Source: Squatina squatina (lineage: Eukaryota). Taken from it: a stretch of DNA of 34,464 nucleotides. Under the pieces are notes generated by a model, which saw nothing but the letters and a program-made list of their open reading frames with translations, did no database searches and was not told where the DNA came from. A program made the translations under genes and the position numbers. Positions 9,614-22,735 of this stretch are shown piece after piece. The DNA is taken from the NCBI GenBank assembly GCA_031763465.1, contig JARFOE010000046.1:23262-57725 (forward strand), read 5' to 3'. The first letter of the stretch is position 1. Every line of letters begins with the position of its first letter.

Positions 9614-9754
9614 TTACTGTGATAAGCACTTAATGTTGTTAGTTGTTTTGTCAATCGCCTGAAACTTCCATGTCCAAATTCAGCTGACACTCTCAAGCAT
9701 CCTTCACTTAGCTCCTGTCAAGTTTCAAATGACTCATATATATTTTCAAAGGAA

Positions 9755-9850
9755 AACATTTTGAGGCCTATGCGGTGTGGGACTAATTAGTCAGCACTCT
9801 CAGAGACACAGCACAGGCAAGATGGGCCGAATAGCTTTCATTAGTACCGT
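9755..9850 (+). mobile_element. Degenerate CR1 3' UTR fragment
   Basis: GTGGGACTAATT...GCACAGGCAAGATGGGCCGAATAGC resembles the CR1 3' ends at about 27660-27750 and 30410-30483. Confidence 0.55.
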
Positions 9851-9962
9851 GAGAATGTGAATACCGACTGAGTTGTGCACTTTGTTAAGGTTGTCTCGTT
9901 GTTCTGGGGATCTTTGTGATTTTCAAAGCTGAGAAGCGAGAGTGTCCTGGTTCATCATCATA

Positions 9963-11345
9963 TTATAGAATTTACAGCATAGAAGGAGGCCATTCGTGTC
10001 CGTGCCGGCCGACAAACAGCGATCCAGCATAATTCCACTTCACAGCACTTGGTCCGTAGTCTTGTAGATTGCGGCACTTCAAGTGCATATCCATGTATTT
10101 TAAATGCTTTTAGGGTTTCTGCCTCTGTCACTCTCTCAGGCAGTGAGGTCCAGATGCGCAGCTCCCTCTGGGTGAAAACATTTCTCCTGAAATCCCCGCT
10201 AAACCTCCGGCCTTTTACTTTAAATCTATGGCCCCTTGTTACTGACACCTCTGCGAACGGAAATAGTTCCTTCCTATCCACTCTATCTCGGTCCCTCATA
10301 ATTTTATACACCTCAGTTAGGTCTCCCCTCTGTCTCCTCTTTTCCAACGAAAACAACCCCGCCTATCCACTGTTTCCTCGTAGATAAAATTCTTCAGTCC
10401 AGGCAATATCCTTATATATCTCCTCTGTACCCTCTCGAGTGCAATCACATCTTTCCTGTAATGTGGTGACCAGAACTACACACAGTACTCCAGCTATGGC
10501 CCAACGAGAGTTTTATACAGTTCAAGCATAACCTCCCTGTTCTTCTATTCTATGCCTCGGCTAATAAAGGCAAGTATCCCGTATGTCTTCTTAACCACCT
10601 TATCTAACCTTCTTGCTACCTTCAGTGCTCTCTGGACATACACTCCCAGGTCCTTCTGTTCGTCTACACTTCACAGTGTTCTACCATTTATTGTCTATTC
10701 GCTTGCCTTGTTAGCCCTCGACAAATGCATTACTTCACACCTCTCCAGATTGAAATCAATTTGCCTCTGTTCTGCCGACCTGGCCAGACCAGTGGTATCT
10801 TCCATCACTCTACAGATATCTTTTTTATTATGAAACACACGGCCAATATTTGTACCATCTGCAAATTTTCCAATGATATCCTCTACATTGAAGTCTAAAT
10901 CATTGATATATACCACAAAGAGCAAGGAATCTAGTAACTAACCCAGTTTAACACCACTGGAAACAGCCTTACAATCACCAAAACACCAATCGAGCATTAC
11001 CCTTTGCTTCGCCCTCTGAGCAAAATTTGGATTCGATTTGTCACTTTGCCTTGGATCCCATAGGATCTTACTTTCTTAACCAGTATTCCCTGTTGAACCT
11101 TATCAAAGGCATTGCTACTTTCCAAATAGACGACATTGAATGAACTACTTTCATCGAACTTACATGTTACCTCAACAAAAAATTCAGTCCAGTTCGTCAG
11201 TCACGAAGCTGATTGTCCTTGATTAATCCATGCATCTCTAAATGAAGATTTATTCTGTCACTCGGAATTTTTTCCAATAATTTTTCCACCACCGAGGTTC
11301 GGCTGACTGGCCTGTACTTATTCAGTCTCTCCCTTTCTCACTTTA
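9963..11345 (-). mobile_element. 5'-truncated CR1 LINE (~1.4 kb) with decayed reverse transcriptase and 3' end
   Basis: LFVVYINDLDFNVEDIIGKFADGTNIGR (the FADD motif reads FADG) and FSLEKRRQRGDLTEVYKIMR...RGHRFKVKGRRF...FTQRELRIWTSLPE; multiple stops and frameshifts. Confidence 0.93.
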
Positions 11346-11807
11346 TAAACAAGTGGCGGATCCCAGACTAGCACCTCTAACTTTTAGACTAAAATATGCT
11401 GCTCACTCCGATTGACGTTGCAGAATATATAAGTAGTTGGAAGTAAAAACTTGTGAATTTGCACCATTTTTATCACATTGTCCGAAATCCCAGAACTTCA
11501 CAGGAGCAACGTTAAAATCAACCAAGTGAGTCAAGATAAATACCTCCAGGTGTATTCGGTTCTGTGTTTCATTGGACGTCTTATACTCATGTTCGATTCC
11601 GGCCAAAGTAAGAACTTTACATTTTGCTTTCTGCACACATGATCTCACCTGAAATGAGATAAACTTACATTCAGCGTCAATCTGCATATCTTCTTAAAAC
11701 ACCTTCTGCCCTGGAAATTAGTCGGTGCTGCTTTGTCTCGCGCTGAAGATACGAGTGAAGCTGGCTTTTCAATTGGTTCTATGGGTGCCAAATTCAAGTG
11801 ATTACTT

Positions 11808-12060
11808 CGGATATACAGCACAGAAACTGGCTGTTCGGCCAACCAGTCCATGGCGGTGTTTATGTTCCACTCGAACCTCCTCGTGTCCTTCCTCATCTAA
11901 CACTATCAGCATAACCCTATATTCCCTTCTCCCTCATATGTTTGTCTCGACTCCTCTTAAATGAATCTATTCTATTCAATTCAACCACACCCTGTGGTCG
12001 CGAGTTCCACATTCTCACCACTCTTCTGAATTCCATATTTCATTTCTTGGTGACTTTCTT
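11808..12060 (-). mobile_element. CR1 LINE 3' end
   Basis: ATACAGCACAGAAACTGGCTGTTCGGCCAACCAGTCCATG...GAGTTCCACATTCTCACCACTCT; same subfamily as 2455-2718. Confidence 0.8.
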
Positions 12061-13396
12061 CAATTGNNNNNNNNNNNNNNNNNNNNNNNNNNNNNNNNNN
12101 NNNNNNNNNNNNNNNNNNNNNNNNNNNNNNNNNNNNNNNNNNNNNNNNNNNNNNNNNNNNNNNNNNCCACACAAGCTGAATAAAAACAGACTTTACTCAG
12201 TCAAATGAAGCCATTGCAACATCTAACCGCAAGCAAAATAAAACCTCACCTGTCATTTTGTCTTGGATTTGCAATAATGGGTGTCAATCATTGATGATTG
12301 ACATAAATGGCTCTTCCTGTTTATGAAGTATGGACTGAAGAGGTCGACATATCCCTTGTTGTCTGTGACACGCGGGAGACTTACTTGCACACAATGTACA
12401 TAAGTGATATTCATAAACACCAAAAATGTAACAAACTAGACCTTGAGAATGGAAATGATTCAGTAATTTTGTGATTGACATTTACAGTCAAATTATGGTG
12501 TAATACAGCTTAAAATTATCTTTTGTATTTATTTTCTCACTGTTCATTTAACAATTGTCTTCATTATTATTTCTGTGTTACAAGTGTAGTATTGAACTTT
12601 ACCCAGTATTTTATACGAATTGCAATAATCCACACAATCAGGGTACCGACTTGAATACATGACATGTCTACAATAAAAAGAACAGTATGGCAGACCCCTT
12701 CCATAACCTAGGTTCTTATTGCATGTTGATTCCATCTCAGCCTTTCTACAGCAATGGTTTCACTCCCAATCTCTGTACGCTTTCAAAATGAATTTAATTC
12801 ACTCCCTCAGTGAGCACCCAGGTAATTACACTGCAGTTTTATTGCAGAATACAATTAAAATACAATTACCTAGATCATTTCTGTCGAAGACTCACTTCGT
12901 GATAGTTAAAAAATAATTACCTAGGAACAATAAAACATCCATTCATGCTGTCATCTTCAAATAAGTGAAGTAGAGTTTATTTAGTGCAAGGTGGCTTTAG
13001 AGATCTTTTTTATTTTACCATCTAATGGAAAAGGAACAAGTGTAAATCATTCTATGGATAGTACAGCTCTCATATAGACGACTTTTAAAATTGATGTTGC
13101 TTCCAAAATAAATTAAATGGGTACTTCCAATGATTTACACATTTCCAAATGTAATTCATAGAGCTTTCAATTTATACACTTATTTGTGTCATCAAAAGTT
13201 AGTCCTTCTAGTTCCACACTGTAGAACTTTATAATTGAGCAGCTTTCTGCCTCCAAATCCCTGATGGCAATGAATATTTCCAAAGAATGAGTTTGGGTCT
13301 ACTCAATTACTTTTTAACAGAGATAAATGCACAATCCGAACCAGTCTCAACTTGGCTCTTGTGACTCAAACGCAACCTAGGTAATATAGGAATTTC

Positions 13397-13740
13397 AGAC
13401 CTAGAAATATGATGATCACACACCCGTTTTACTGGCATAAAATGGGCGACTTAGGGTCCAATCTGGTGGGCAGGAATCGCACACTCATTCCGCGCCAGAA
13501 GTGGATCATCCGCCATAGTGGTGAAGGCTTCTGCATAGGCATTCAGTGCTTATGCCTAAAACAGGTATTAGGATCTTTACATTTACAAATAGGGGACCCA
13601 ACACCTGTTTAAGGCCCCTTTTGTAAGTTTCGTTAGCAAACGGTCAATATTCTCTCGAGCTTGGCAACCAAACCAGTGGTCCTTAAAGGAACCACTGGGG
13701 GCTGCCACCAGAAAGGTAAGTTTGAATGTTTTTACTCATC
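13397..13740 (+). mobile_element. Non-autonomous DNA transposon (Harbinger/MITE-like) fragment
   Basis: Its left end CTAGAA...CACCCGTTTTACTGGCATAAAATGG...TCCAATCTGGTGG is similar to the reverse complement of 23370-23462. Confidence 0.5.
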
Positions 13741-13815
13741 TTATTGTGGAGCTCTCTCACAATTGCCTCCACCCCTCCCCTCCCCCATATCTTCAGGCTC
13801 CTGTGTCCCCATTAA

Positions 13816-13844
13816 GCGGCTCAGTGGGTAGCACTCTTGCCGTT
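13816..13844 (+). mobile_element. 5' head of a Deu-type SINE cut by a gap
   Basis: GCGGCTCAGTGGGTAGCACTCTTGCC (tRNA-like A-box head). Confidence 0.55.
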
Positions 13845-15170
13845 NNNNNNNNNNNNNNNNNNNNNNNNNNNNNNNNNNNNNNNNNNNNNNNNNNNNNNNN
13901 NNNNNNNNNNNNNNNNNNNNNNNNNNNNNNNNNNNNNNNNNNNNGCAGCATTTCTCCCAGTACTGCTCATTTCGCACTCTCCACTGATCCCTTTCCACGG
14001 AGTGCCGCCACATTTTGCTAATTACCTTTTGGTTACATTTCGATCCAGCCCAATACTTTGACATCTATCCAATGGGCATCCACCTTTTGAATCGGTCTGT
14101 AATTTTGGAATGTTTAAAATACTTTCCTGACCTACAGCTTTATAACATACAACACATCGTCCCCATGTGGAAATAAAATGAAAATGCATTATAAGAGAAA
14201 GGCAGGTCAATGTAGATGGTGTGAGATAAATTAAAGATGCATTAAGCTACTATATACTTTGGAATAAAACTAGACATAAAAAGATTAAAGTTAAGCAGGC
14301 TTTGTGTTAATTGCTTTATTTATTTATGTGCCACTAATTTGCATCCATTTCAGAATCAGTACTGAACAATTAAACTAATTCTTCCTGAGCCAGTAATATG
14401 TTCTGCAAGTGCATGCCTTCCCTCAAGAGCTGAATAAATTAGAGGCATTTTAAACGGTGCCTTTACATACACATTGAGATCTCCCCCGTGCTCCGAGAGA
14501 CAGATGGTGTTGATGGCTATGGTCGACAGATAACACCAGGCCATCTGTTGTTCTTTGGCGAACCCCTGCTTTTTAAAATCTTCAAACCTCTAGGAGAAAA
14601 TATGACAAACTAACAAGGACAAGGGATATCTTGTTGAGAAGTTGCAGTGATTCAGGAATTTGTTTCCATAATCATGCAAGCTATCCATTGCACAGACATT
14701 GTGATGCCTCTGACAATGGCATGACTGTATAGTAAGATGGGGTACTGGCATGTTATCCTTTGAATTCCCTTATGTTGTGTACCCAATCTGTGTTGAAATG
14801 TTCTTCCTCATCCCTGGTTAAAGACTGATATTGGCACATATCAGGGTTTAGGTTGCTGGCATCTACTTTTGATTGAGATAGGGTATGTGACACAAAAGAT
14901 ATCAAGGAAAGCACAAGGGGGCTATGTTTTTTTTAATTAAACAATGTGGTACTTTTTTTGTGGTGTGCTTGTTTATTTTAATACTGTGCAAGACAAACAT
15001 CATAGAGCGGAGCTCCTTTATCATATACCATCTGGTTTAGGTATCTTAGCCAGATATTGAACTGTGGCAGNNNNNNNNNNNNNNNNNNNNNNNNNNNNNN
15101 NNNNNNNNNNNNNNNNNNNNNNNNNNNNNNNNNNNNNNNNNNNNNNNNNNNNNNNNNNNNNNNNNNNNNN

Positions 15171-15548
15171 ATTAATGGTCCGAATACCAACCTCTTGGGG
15201 ACCACACTGCATACTTCTCTCCAGTCCCTGCCTCCTGCCCCTTAGCCAACTGTGTACCCAAATTACTACCATCCCCTTAATCCCATGTGCTTCTATTTTT
15301 CGAATAAGTCTGCTACGTGGTACTTTATCAAATGACTTTTGAAAGTTCATATATGTACATCTACTGCACTATCTTCATCAACCCTTCATCAAAGAACTCA
15401 ATCGGGTTCGTCAGGCATGATTTGCCTTTAATAAATCGGTGCTGGCTGTCCCTTATTAACCCATGCTTATCCAAGCGAGAATTAATTTTATCATTGACAA
15501 TGGTCTCCAGTAGTTTCCCCATCACTGACGTTAGACTGACTAGCCTGT
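15171..15548 (-). mobile_element. CR1 LINE reverse-transcriptase fragment
   Basis: RLVSLTSVMGKLLETIV...SQHRFIKGKSCLTNPIEFFDE and NFQKSFDKVPRSRLIRKIEAHGIKG...WL; frameshifted. Confidence 0.92.
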
Positions 15549-17369
15549 GTAAGAATCCTGAGAAATCTGCATTTCTGATTCCCACCAGCTGACATGGACG
15601 AAATGGAACAAACGTTATTAGTTCAGAAGCAAAATACTCGATCATTATTATAAACAGTCGCACTGCTTTGAGTGCAAATCCTTTTGAAATAAACTGAACA
15701 ATTATGGTAAAAAGCACTTTTCAAATGATTTAATAGCAGATATAAATGCACTATGGGTCACAGTGTTCTTAATGCCTTCCAAGCTAGAAACCAAACTCCC
15801 ACTTTCTCTTTTTTGGTGGCCAAATTGAAAGTGAAACAATGTAATCGTGATCCTCAGAAAGGAGCTGAGATGAAGGTTAGACAGTAGTACATCTAATGCA
15901 TTACTGTAAGTGAGAATGGCGCTAATTTACCTCAACACAATGCAAGGGATGGTAGTAATTAAGCTCTTTCACAGACAGACACAGATCCATTAGGCTTCAG
16001 GCCTGCACAGGGGTCTCCATGGTGATAATGGATGTCGTGATGTCGTGAAAGACCAAGAGTTGTACTGTTTCTCAACTGATCCCTGTGTAATACAGCTCAT
16101 CTGTACTTCAATACTTCAAGTCCTGCAGGTTGCTGGGGTTTATCAATCACCAGATTGTGGTCCTGCATCAAAATCATATTACATACATGCTCAAAAAATG
16201 TTGCAATATACTATCTATATTGAATTATCTTTAAAGGTGTGTTGATGCTTAGGGAGAGAATGTATCAAACTATTTCCAGTTCTCTGACAAACATGCACTT
16301 TTATAACACATGCTTGGCATGAATCAATATTTTGACTTATCACATTCTCTCCCTCAGACTCCAATTGCATCACGGAACTGCTGCCATTTTATATCTTCTT
16401 CTTTGGCTTGGTGTCAATNNNNNNNNNNNNNNNNNNNNNNNNNNNNNNNNNNNNNNNNNNNNNNNNNNNNNNNNNNNNNNNNNNNNNNNNNNNNNNNNNN
16501 NNNNNNNNNNNNNNNNNNGAAGTGTGGCTGGCCTTGTGTCAAACAGTTCATTGAAATGTTCTACTGACATTGATGCTGGACATGGTACTTGCACAGGATT
16601 GATGCCAACCCGAGGGCCAACCGAAAAACCCCACCCGTCGTCTCATTTCAAACCACAAGAGTACGTTGTTATGGGTTCAGGCTATTTCCCAACACTCCTG
16701 TCTCCAGTTGACAGTCTGTTGTAGAGCTTCACAATATGTGCGTGATGAAAATGCCCGATCCACAGAGCTCAGCTCTTCAGATAGGGCTGAAGCTGAGTAA
16801 CAGAAGCTATGATTTATTGCTATGGGACAGCTTTCAATTTACAGCCTTGTTCTTTGAAGTTCACGGGCAGCCTGAGAGCACAGCAGAACTCACACCTTGT
16901 GGGGAAGGTGCTAATGCCAGGATATCACGGTTCACTAAGCATCTCTCTTTAATTAAGGTTCATCCATCAAAGTGATAGAATTTAACTCCCCTCCACCCCA
17001 TTGTTTGATAATCCACAAACATTTGATAACCCACAACATTTGAAAACGCCCAGGTCTAGGCGTGAAATGTGTCTTGATTAATTTGTGCGCATAAGTGTTG
17101 ACAGAGGCAAAGAACATCCAACCCAGATAGACATCGCCTACTGCCATGGTCTGTCTGTGTCCTCGCTACAAAATCAATGAGTTTTTACTGAGCTTTTTTC
17201 CAAATTTGAGATCAGTTTTAACGTGTCTATGAAAAAGGAAAGAAAAATAGAATACAGAAATCTCCATATGTTGCTCCAATGATCTTGCGAGGGGTACTGG
17301 AGTGCACAACAATGAATCTATATGACTTTGATAATATTGACTTGTGGAATCCCAGGCTGACCTTTACAG

Positions 17370-17443
17370 ACTCTAACCCAGTGATGCGGAGGTCAATTGT
17401 AGCATCCCTGCTGCCAACTCAACTGAGATTAGGTCATCTCCTT
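17370..17443 (-). mobile_element. Family A repeat fragment
   Basis: Reverse complement GGCAGCAGGGATGCTACAATTGACC matches 841-865. Confidence 0.6.
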
Positions 17444-17801
17444 NNNNNNNNNNNNNNNNNNNNNNNNNNNNNNNNNNNNNNNNNNNNNNNNNNNNNNNNN
17501 NNNNNNNNNNNNNNNNNNNNNNNNNNNNNNNNNNNNNNNNNNNACCAGCTTTTTTCACGACATTCACCCTATAATAAAAAAGCTGGCTGAATATCCAGTC
17601 CAAAATGAGCTCGTCCTCTGGCATATCAGAATCCTTTTTAAGATAGTTAAGATAGTTACATAATTTCACAAAATCAACCTGCACAATTCTAACCTTTGCC
17701 TTCAATAATTATTTTAGTGGATTTTTAAAAAAAAAAATCACTTTTGCAGGATCATGCATCACTTAGATGATGTCTTTGTCCTCTTATTTTGCCTGGCATT
17801 C

Positions 17802-17822
17802 CACACACACACACACACACAC
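17802..17822. repeat. (CA)n microsatellite
   Basis: About 10 CA units, directly visible. Confidence 0.9.
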
Positions 17823-18356
17823 CGAATCACTCAAATTGTTTTCCCAGAACTATAACTTCAAATCAACTGTTCACACGTACAGAAATACATTCAGTCACCT
17901 CAATCCTCAACCCAGACCTACCTGTTAATTGAAGGCAATATGGAGCCGATCACTCTCCTGGAAGAAAGTCACGCATATTCATTATTTCTTTATCAAGCTG
18001 AAATGACTTACACAAAGACAAGTTGAAGCAGCACGTACAGTATCTGATTGCTTAGCACAGGTGCATTAGGTCGTGGCTGCAGTCTAAACAGATCTTAACA
18101 CTATCAATGCCACAATCCCGCCAAAACTGTATATTAAAAAAAATATCTAAATTCTTTTAGAGAAGTGTTTTTCTTAAATAAGCAAAGAAGTTCTAGAAAG
18201 CATCAAAATTGAGGATTGAAAATGTTACACCCTTTTTTCAAAAAATGGGATAGGGANNNNNNNNNNNNNNNNNNNNNNNNNNNNNNNNNNNNNNNNNNNN
18301 NNNNNNNNNNNNNNNNNNNNNNNNNNNNNNNNNNNNNNNNNNNNNNNNNNNNNNNN

Positions 18357-18413
18357 GCTTTGCGACGTCCGGTGGTGGTGAAAGGCGCTATATAAATGCA
18401 CGTCTTTCTTTCT
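18357..18413 (+). mobile_element. 3' tail of a Deu-type SINE
   Basis: GCTTTGCGACGTCC...GTGAAAGGCGCTATATAAATGCACGTCTTTCTTT matches the reverse complement of 27183-27242. Confidence 0.75.
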
Positions 18414-19747
18414 GCGAAGGGCACCTGGATAAGCCGTCCCAAAAACACAGTAAATCACTAACGGAATCACGAGTGCTGGTCACTCAACAGTGATTGGTGA
18501 CTGAGGAGCCCTAATTGATTTATTTTTGCCCCTCCTCCTCCTCCTCCTCTCAGGGACAGGGCTGTGTGATGCTCGCCAAAGTCAAATAACCTGCTGGCAC
18601 AAGTTTGTGACGGCTTAAAATTACCTCGGCTGGGAGGCGCCAGCGGGCTGGCAGTAGAAGGCACCGCCAGAGAGAGGCGAAAGGAAGTGGCTTAATCCAC
18701 CACGTAAATTGCAAAATGTCATCCCTTCCCCCGCACCCCCGGAAAAAAAAATCTATACAGAAAGGTTGATATGATGAACGTTATTACTCCATCAGTCCCA
18801 AATCCAACAGTTTCAAGGTATTCCAGTCGATGGACTGCTGCTGTGCGATTTCTGGTTAATTACGTGAGTCAGCCTGCCGACAAGACCAGCACAGCGCTGA
18901 CCACACTGTGTGCCCTGCGTGGCACATGTGCTCCTTGTTACTCCTCTCATTAAACACTAGCAGGACCTCTAATTAAATGATTCAGAAATAACAGAACCCC
19001 TGCAGGGCAAACACCTGCAGAAAGAACTCCTCTTCGCTTTCCGTCAGACAGTAATGAGTTCCACCGGCTCTCGTCTTACTTGGGGGAACNNNNNNNNNNN
19101 NNNNNNNNNNNNNNNNNNNNNNNNNNNNNNNNNNNNNNNNNNNNNNNNNNNNNNNNNNNNNNNNNNNNNNNNNNNNNNNNNNNNNNNNNCTGGTTAAAAG
19201 CATGTGATACACTTGTGGGCTGGTTTGGCATTGGAACCTTTTAAATACCGCATCAGTAGGATGATCAGGGAATTAAACTGAAAACAAAAATGAAAAACTC
19301 CAAGGGAAAATCTAATACTGTAATCGCACAAAATCCGTAATGTAATGACAATGTGTTTGTTACAGGATCCAATATCAGTTTTGACATTCAGCTTCACCTT
19401 GTACTAAAACACTGATGTGTTTAAATCAGGGATAATCACCCAGTGTTTTGCCAGTTTCAATTTTGAAACTCCTAACATTTGAATATTTGCACAACCATTG
19501 AAATTCAACACTCTCTTTACTTTTAGCGTGTCAGGAAAATAATCTCTTCAGGTTTTGTCCATACTGGCCTCAATCCAAAATGTTGATAAATGTTGCCAGG
19601 CCGACAATGAATTATTAGCATGATGCTCGATAAGTTAGGATAACATTTGGTCCATTTGTTGCATGATCTTTTCTGACTGTTCAATATCGCATAGGACTTT
19701 AAATCAAGGTTTGTTATGTCTCTTCATGCTCTTAATGTACCCATAAA

Positions 19748-19815
19748 ACAAAAACAACTGGTATTTATATAGCGCCTTTTAAGTAGTAAAACATCCCAAG
19801 ACACTTCACAGGAGC
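19748..19815 (-). mobile_element. L2-type 3' tail
   Basis: AACAACTGGTATTTATATAGCGCCTTTTAAGTAGTAAAACATCCCAAG is the reverse of the tail at 1753-1816. Confidence 0.65.
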
Positions 19816-20029
19816 NNNNNNNNNNNNNNNNNNNNNNNNNNNNNNNNNNNNNNNNNNNNNNNNNNNNNNNNNNNNNNNNNNNNNNNNNNNNNNNNNNNNN
19901 NNNNNNNNNNNNNNNGCCTTTCTGCTCTATTAGTTAGTGAAAAGTTCCATCTAAATAGAGTGAAGATTAATTTCCGATGCAATTGAGGATGCATTTTAAG
20001 CTCCATTCCCACTTGTACATCATTAACTG

Positions 20030-20310
20030 CCACCCTCTAGTATTTCACCCAATGGACTCATTCACATGTAAGCTGAAACAGTGAGTACGCATTGCTAATT
20101 CTCCAAGGGGAGCCTTACAACCAAGCGAGATTTCACCCTAACCCAATGTCCGCACGAGTCCACCTCCAGCTCAATAGTGAGCAGAAATGGTAACCTTGAC
20201 CAATTTTCCCTTTCCTAATATAGGCCAATTGCAGTGTCCCCTCCAATTAGATTGGTTAACTCAGAAAACACCAGAAATCAAAATGGGCTGTGCGCTCAGC
20301 TACTAACTGA
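20030..20310 (-). mobile_element. Family A repeat, degenerate copy
   Basis: ACAGTGAGT...AGGCCAATTGCAG...TTAACTCAG is collinear with the reverse of 790-1020. Confidence 0.5.
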
Positions 20311-22509
20311 ATAAATTCATGTAGCATGGAATGAGCCATCTTAAACGGCACTTGGGAGTAGGAGGACAAGGTTGGCTTGTTCCAGCACTATTGCTATTGC
20401 TTGAGAACTATCAGAGTGCACGTCACGTGTTCAGATCAAGCTTCTTTAATAGTGTGCTTGGCACGATCAGGGTTTGAAGCATTTCATCTTGCCTGCAATT
20501 TAAATAAATGAACAGAAGCCACTTAGACTCTGAGCTATTAGTTTCTGCCTTTGCACATGATAGTTTACTGCACAACGTGGCACTTCTGTAATACAGCAAG
20601 AAAGCTAAAATGATAGATCTGCCAAGTCTGATCAGGACTTGTGCTGCAAATGGAAGAGGTCCCATCACGGCAAAGTGTTTCTTTTCAAACTACTGTTACC
20701 TATTTTAATATAAAATAGTCATAGACATAAAATAAATAGCCTNNNNNNNNNNNNNNNNNNNNNNNNNNNNNNNNNNNNNNNNNNNNNNNNNNNNNNNNNN
20801 NNNNNNNNNNNNNNNNNNNNNNNNNNNNNNNNNNNNNNNNNNAAAATGAATTGCAAGATAATACCTGGCAATGTTAATGTTGGACAAAAATATAAAAAGT
20901 CACATCATTTGAATCACATCCGCCGCATTTGTGCACAACTGACGCAAAAGGGGAAACTTTCAGTCATCACACGTATCTGTCACTTGTAAGAAGACTTAAG
21001 TGTCATCTCAAAGCACACCGGAAAGAAAGCAGGGCAGTCTTCAATCTCGCTCCAACACATTGAACCCTCCCGAAACATGAATAAATTATAAAACAAAGAT
21101 GCCAGTTGTACATTACTTCAAAAGAGTGATGGACAGCCCTTTGCAGTCATCTCTTCAAAGCGAGGTGCCTCGAGGGAGCTATGACAAGGGTTTCAATGCG
21201 AAGACGGCTCATTTGGTTCTACCTGTGCGTCTCTTGGGGGGAAGTCAGGGTTATCTTTCCTCAGTACATCCCTACTCTCCTCACATAATAAATAAAAAGC
21301 AGGCAGATGATTAATGCTCTTATCCTGTGAAATTGAAATATTGACAGATTGATGGAAAGGTGAGGAAATATTACTTAAGCGAGTTATTGATTGGAATGAA
21401 TCGGTGTCAGATATTAAAGGCACCGCTAAGCAGCAACATTTTAATTATCCATTTTGGTACATATAGAAATTGACTCGGCTATTAATATGCCAGAAACTGT
21501 TTAATGTTTGCTTTGATTGGGAGAGCCCATTACTCATTTTCTAACCATTAGCAAGGCAAAATTTGAGTCTTGCTATTCCATTTGTAATGTCCACGACCAT
21601 TGTTAAGTCACCAGTCCAAATCCGTTCCGTCCCACATCAAGATGGCAAACCATAGGGACCTTAGAATAGAGGTTGGAGTGATGCATGGCCTGATGAAAAA
21701 GTTTATCAACTGCATACGTGCTTTGGAGATTCCATGTTGAAGTTCACACANNNNNNNNNNNNNNNNNNNNNNNNNNNNNNNNNNNNNNNNNNNNNNNNNN
21801 NNNNNNNNNNNNNNNNNNNNNNNNNNNNNNNNNNNNNNNNNNNNNNNNNNGATCTTTACTTTCTACCTTAAGCTATGATTTAACTGATCAAGTTGTGCTT
21901 CATGGGGAACTTTTACTCTGTATCTAACCAAATTACAGCTGACCTGGGAATGCTCGATGTTGACGCTAGCATTAGTGTTAAGGTGTCAAAAATGAAAAGT
22001 AATTTACCATCACCAAAAGCATACATATAATAAAAATTCGGCACATAGTCAACTAGCCAAACAATGATATGTTGAAGTAAATTGCTTCAGTGAGTGAGTA
22101 ATGTGAAGGACTGTTTTTAGTAGGGCAGGATTTGTAAGCTGACAGTGCTCCATTTTCACATTGACAATTTCAACACTGTAATATAAAATGAACTCGAGGA
22201 GTTCCATTAATACAGTTATCTGTGGGATCTTGACTTCTTCAGAGGAGTTAATACCATGCTTCAGTCCATTAGATAGAAACCTGAGTGAAAATGTGATACA
22301 TGGAGATGAAATGGGCCAGAAAAACCTGATCTGCATTGACATTAAGGTCCTCATAATGGAAATCTAATAATGTGTGAACTGAAATGCTTTCTATGCAGAG
22401 AAGTGAAAGNNNNNNNNNNNNNNNNNNNNNNNNNNNNNNNNNNNNNNNNNNNNNNNNNNNNNNNNNNNNNNNNNNNNNNNNNNNNNNNNNNNNNNNNNNN
22501 NNNNNNNNN

Positions 22510-22735
22510 CTGTGCGTGATGTCAGCGTGCTGCATCACATATGCTGCGCTTTGATGTCGCTAGCGTAGCGCTGACGTTGCCACGTCAGTGACATCCCCAG
22601 CCTCCCACCACAATCCCGTCCCGGGAGTGAGGCGGACATCGCTGCGTCTCTCTCCCGGGGCGGAACAGCGAATTCTGCGGGGGGGTGATTGTTTTGGGAG
22701 CCGGGCTGAATTGCAGCCACTAAATCTATTCTCTC
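22510..22735. mobile_element. CpG-rich fragment, probably the end of a non-autonomous DNA transposon
   Basis: Abrupt GC/CpG-rich block with short palindromes (CTGACG-TTGCCA-CGTCAG) beginning at a contig edge. Confidence 0.4.

Noticed and set aside
11550-11610. GTTCGATTCCGGCCAA, resembling a tRNA T arm (similar motif near 8787)
   Set aside because: Only a B-box-like stretch; no cloverleaf or A-box can be built.
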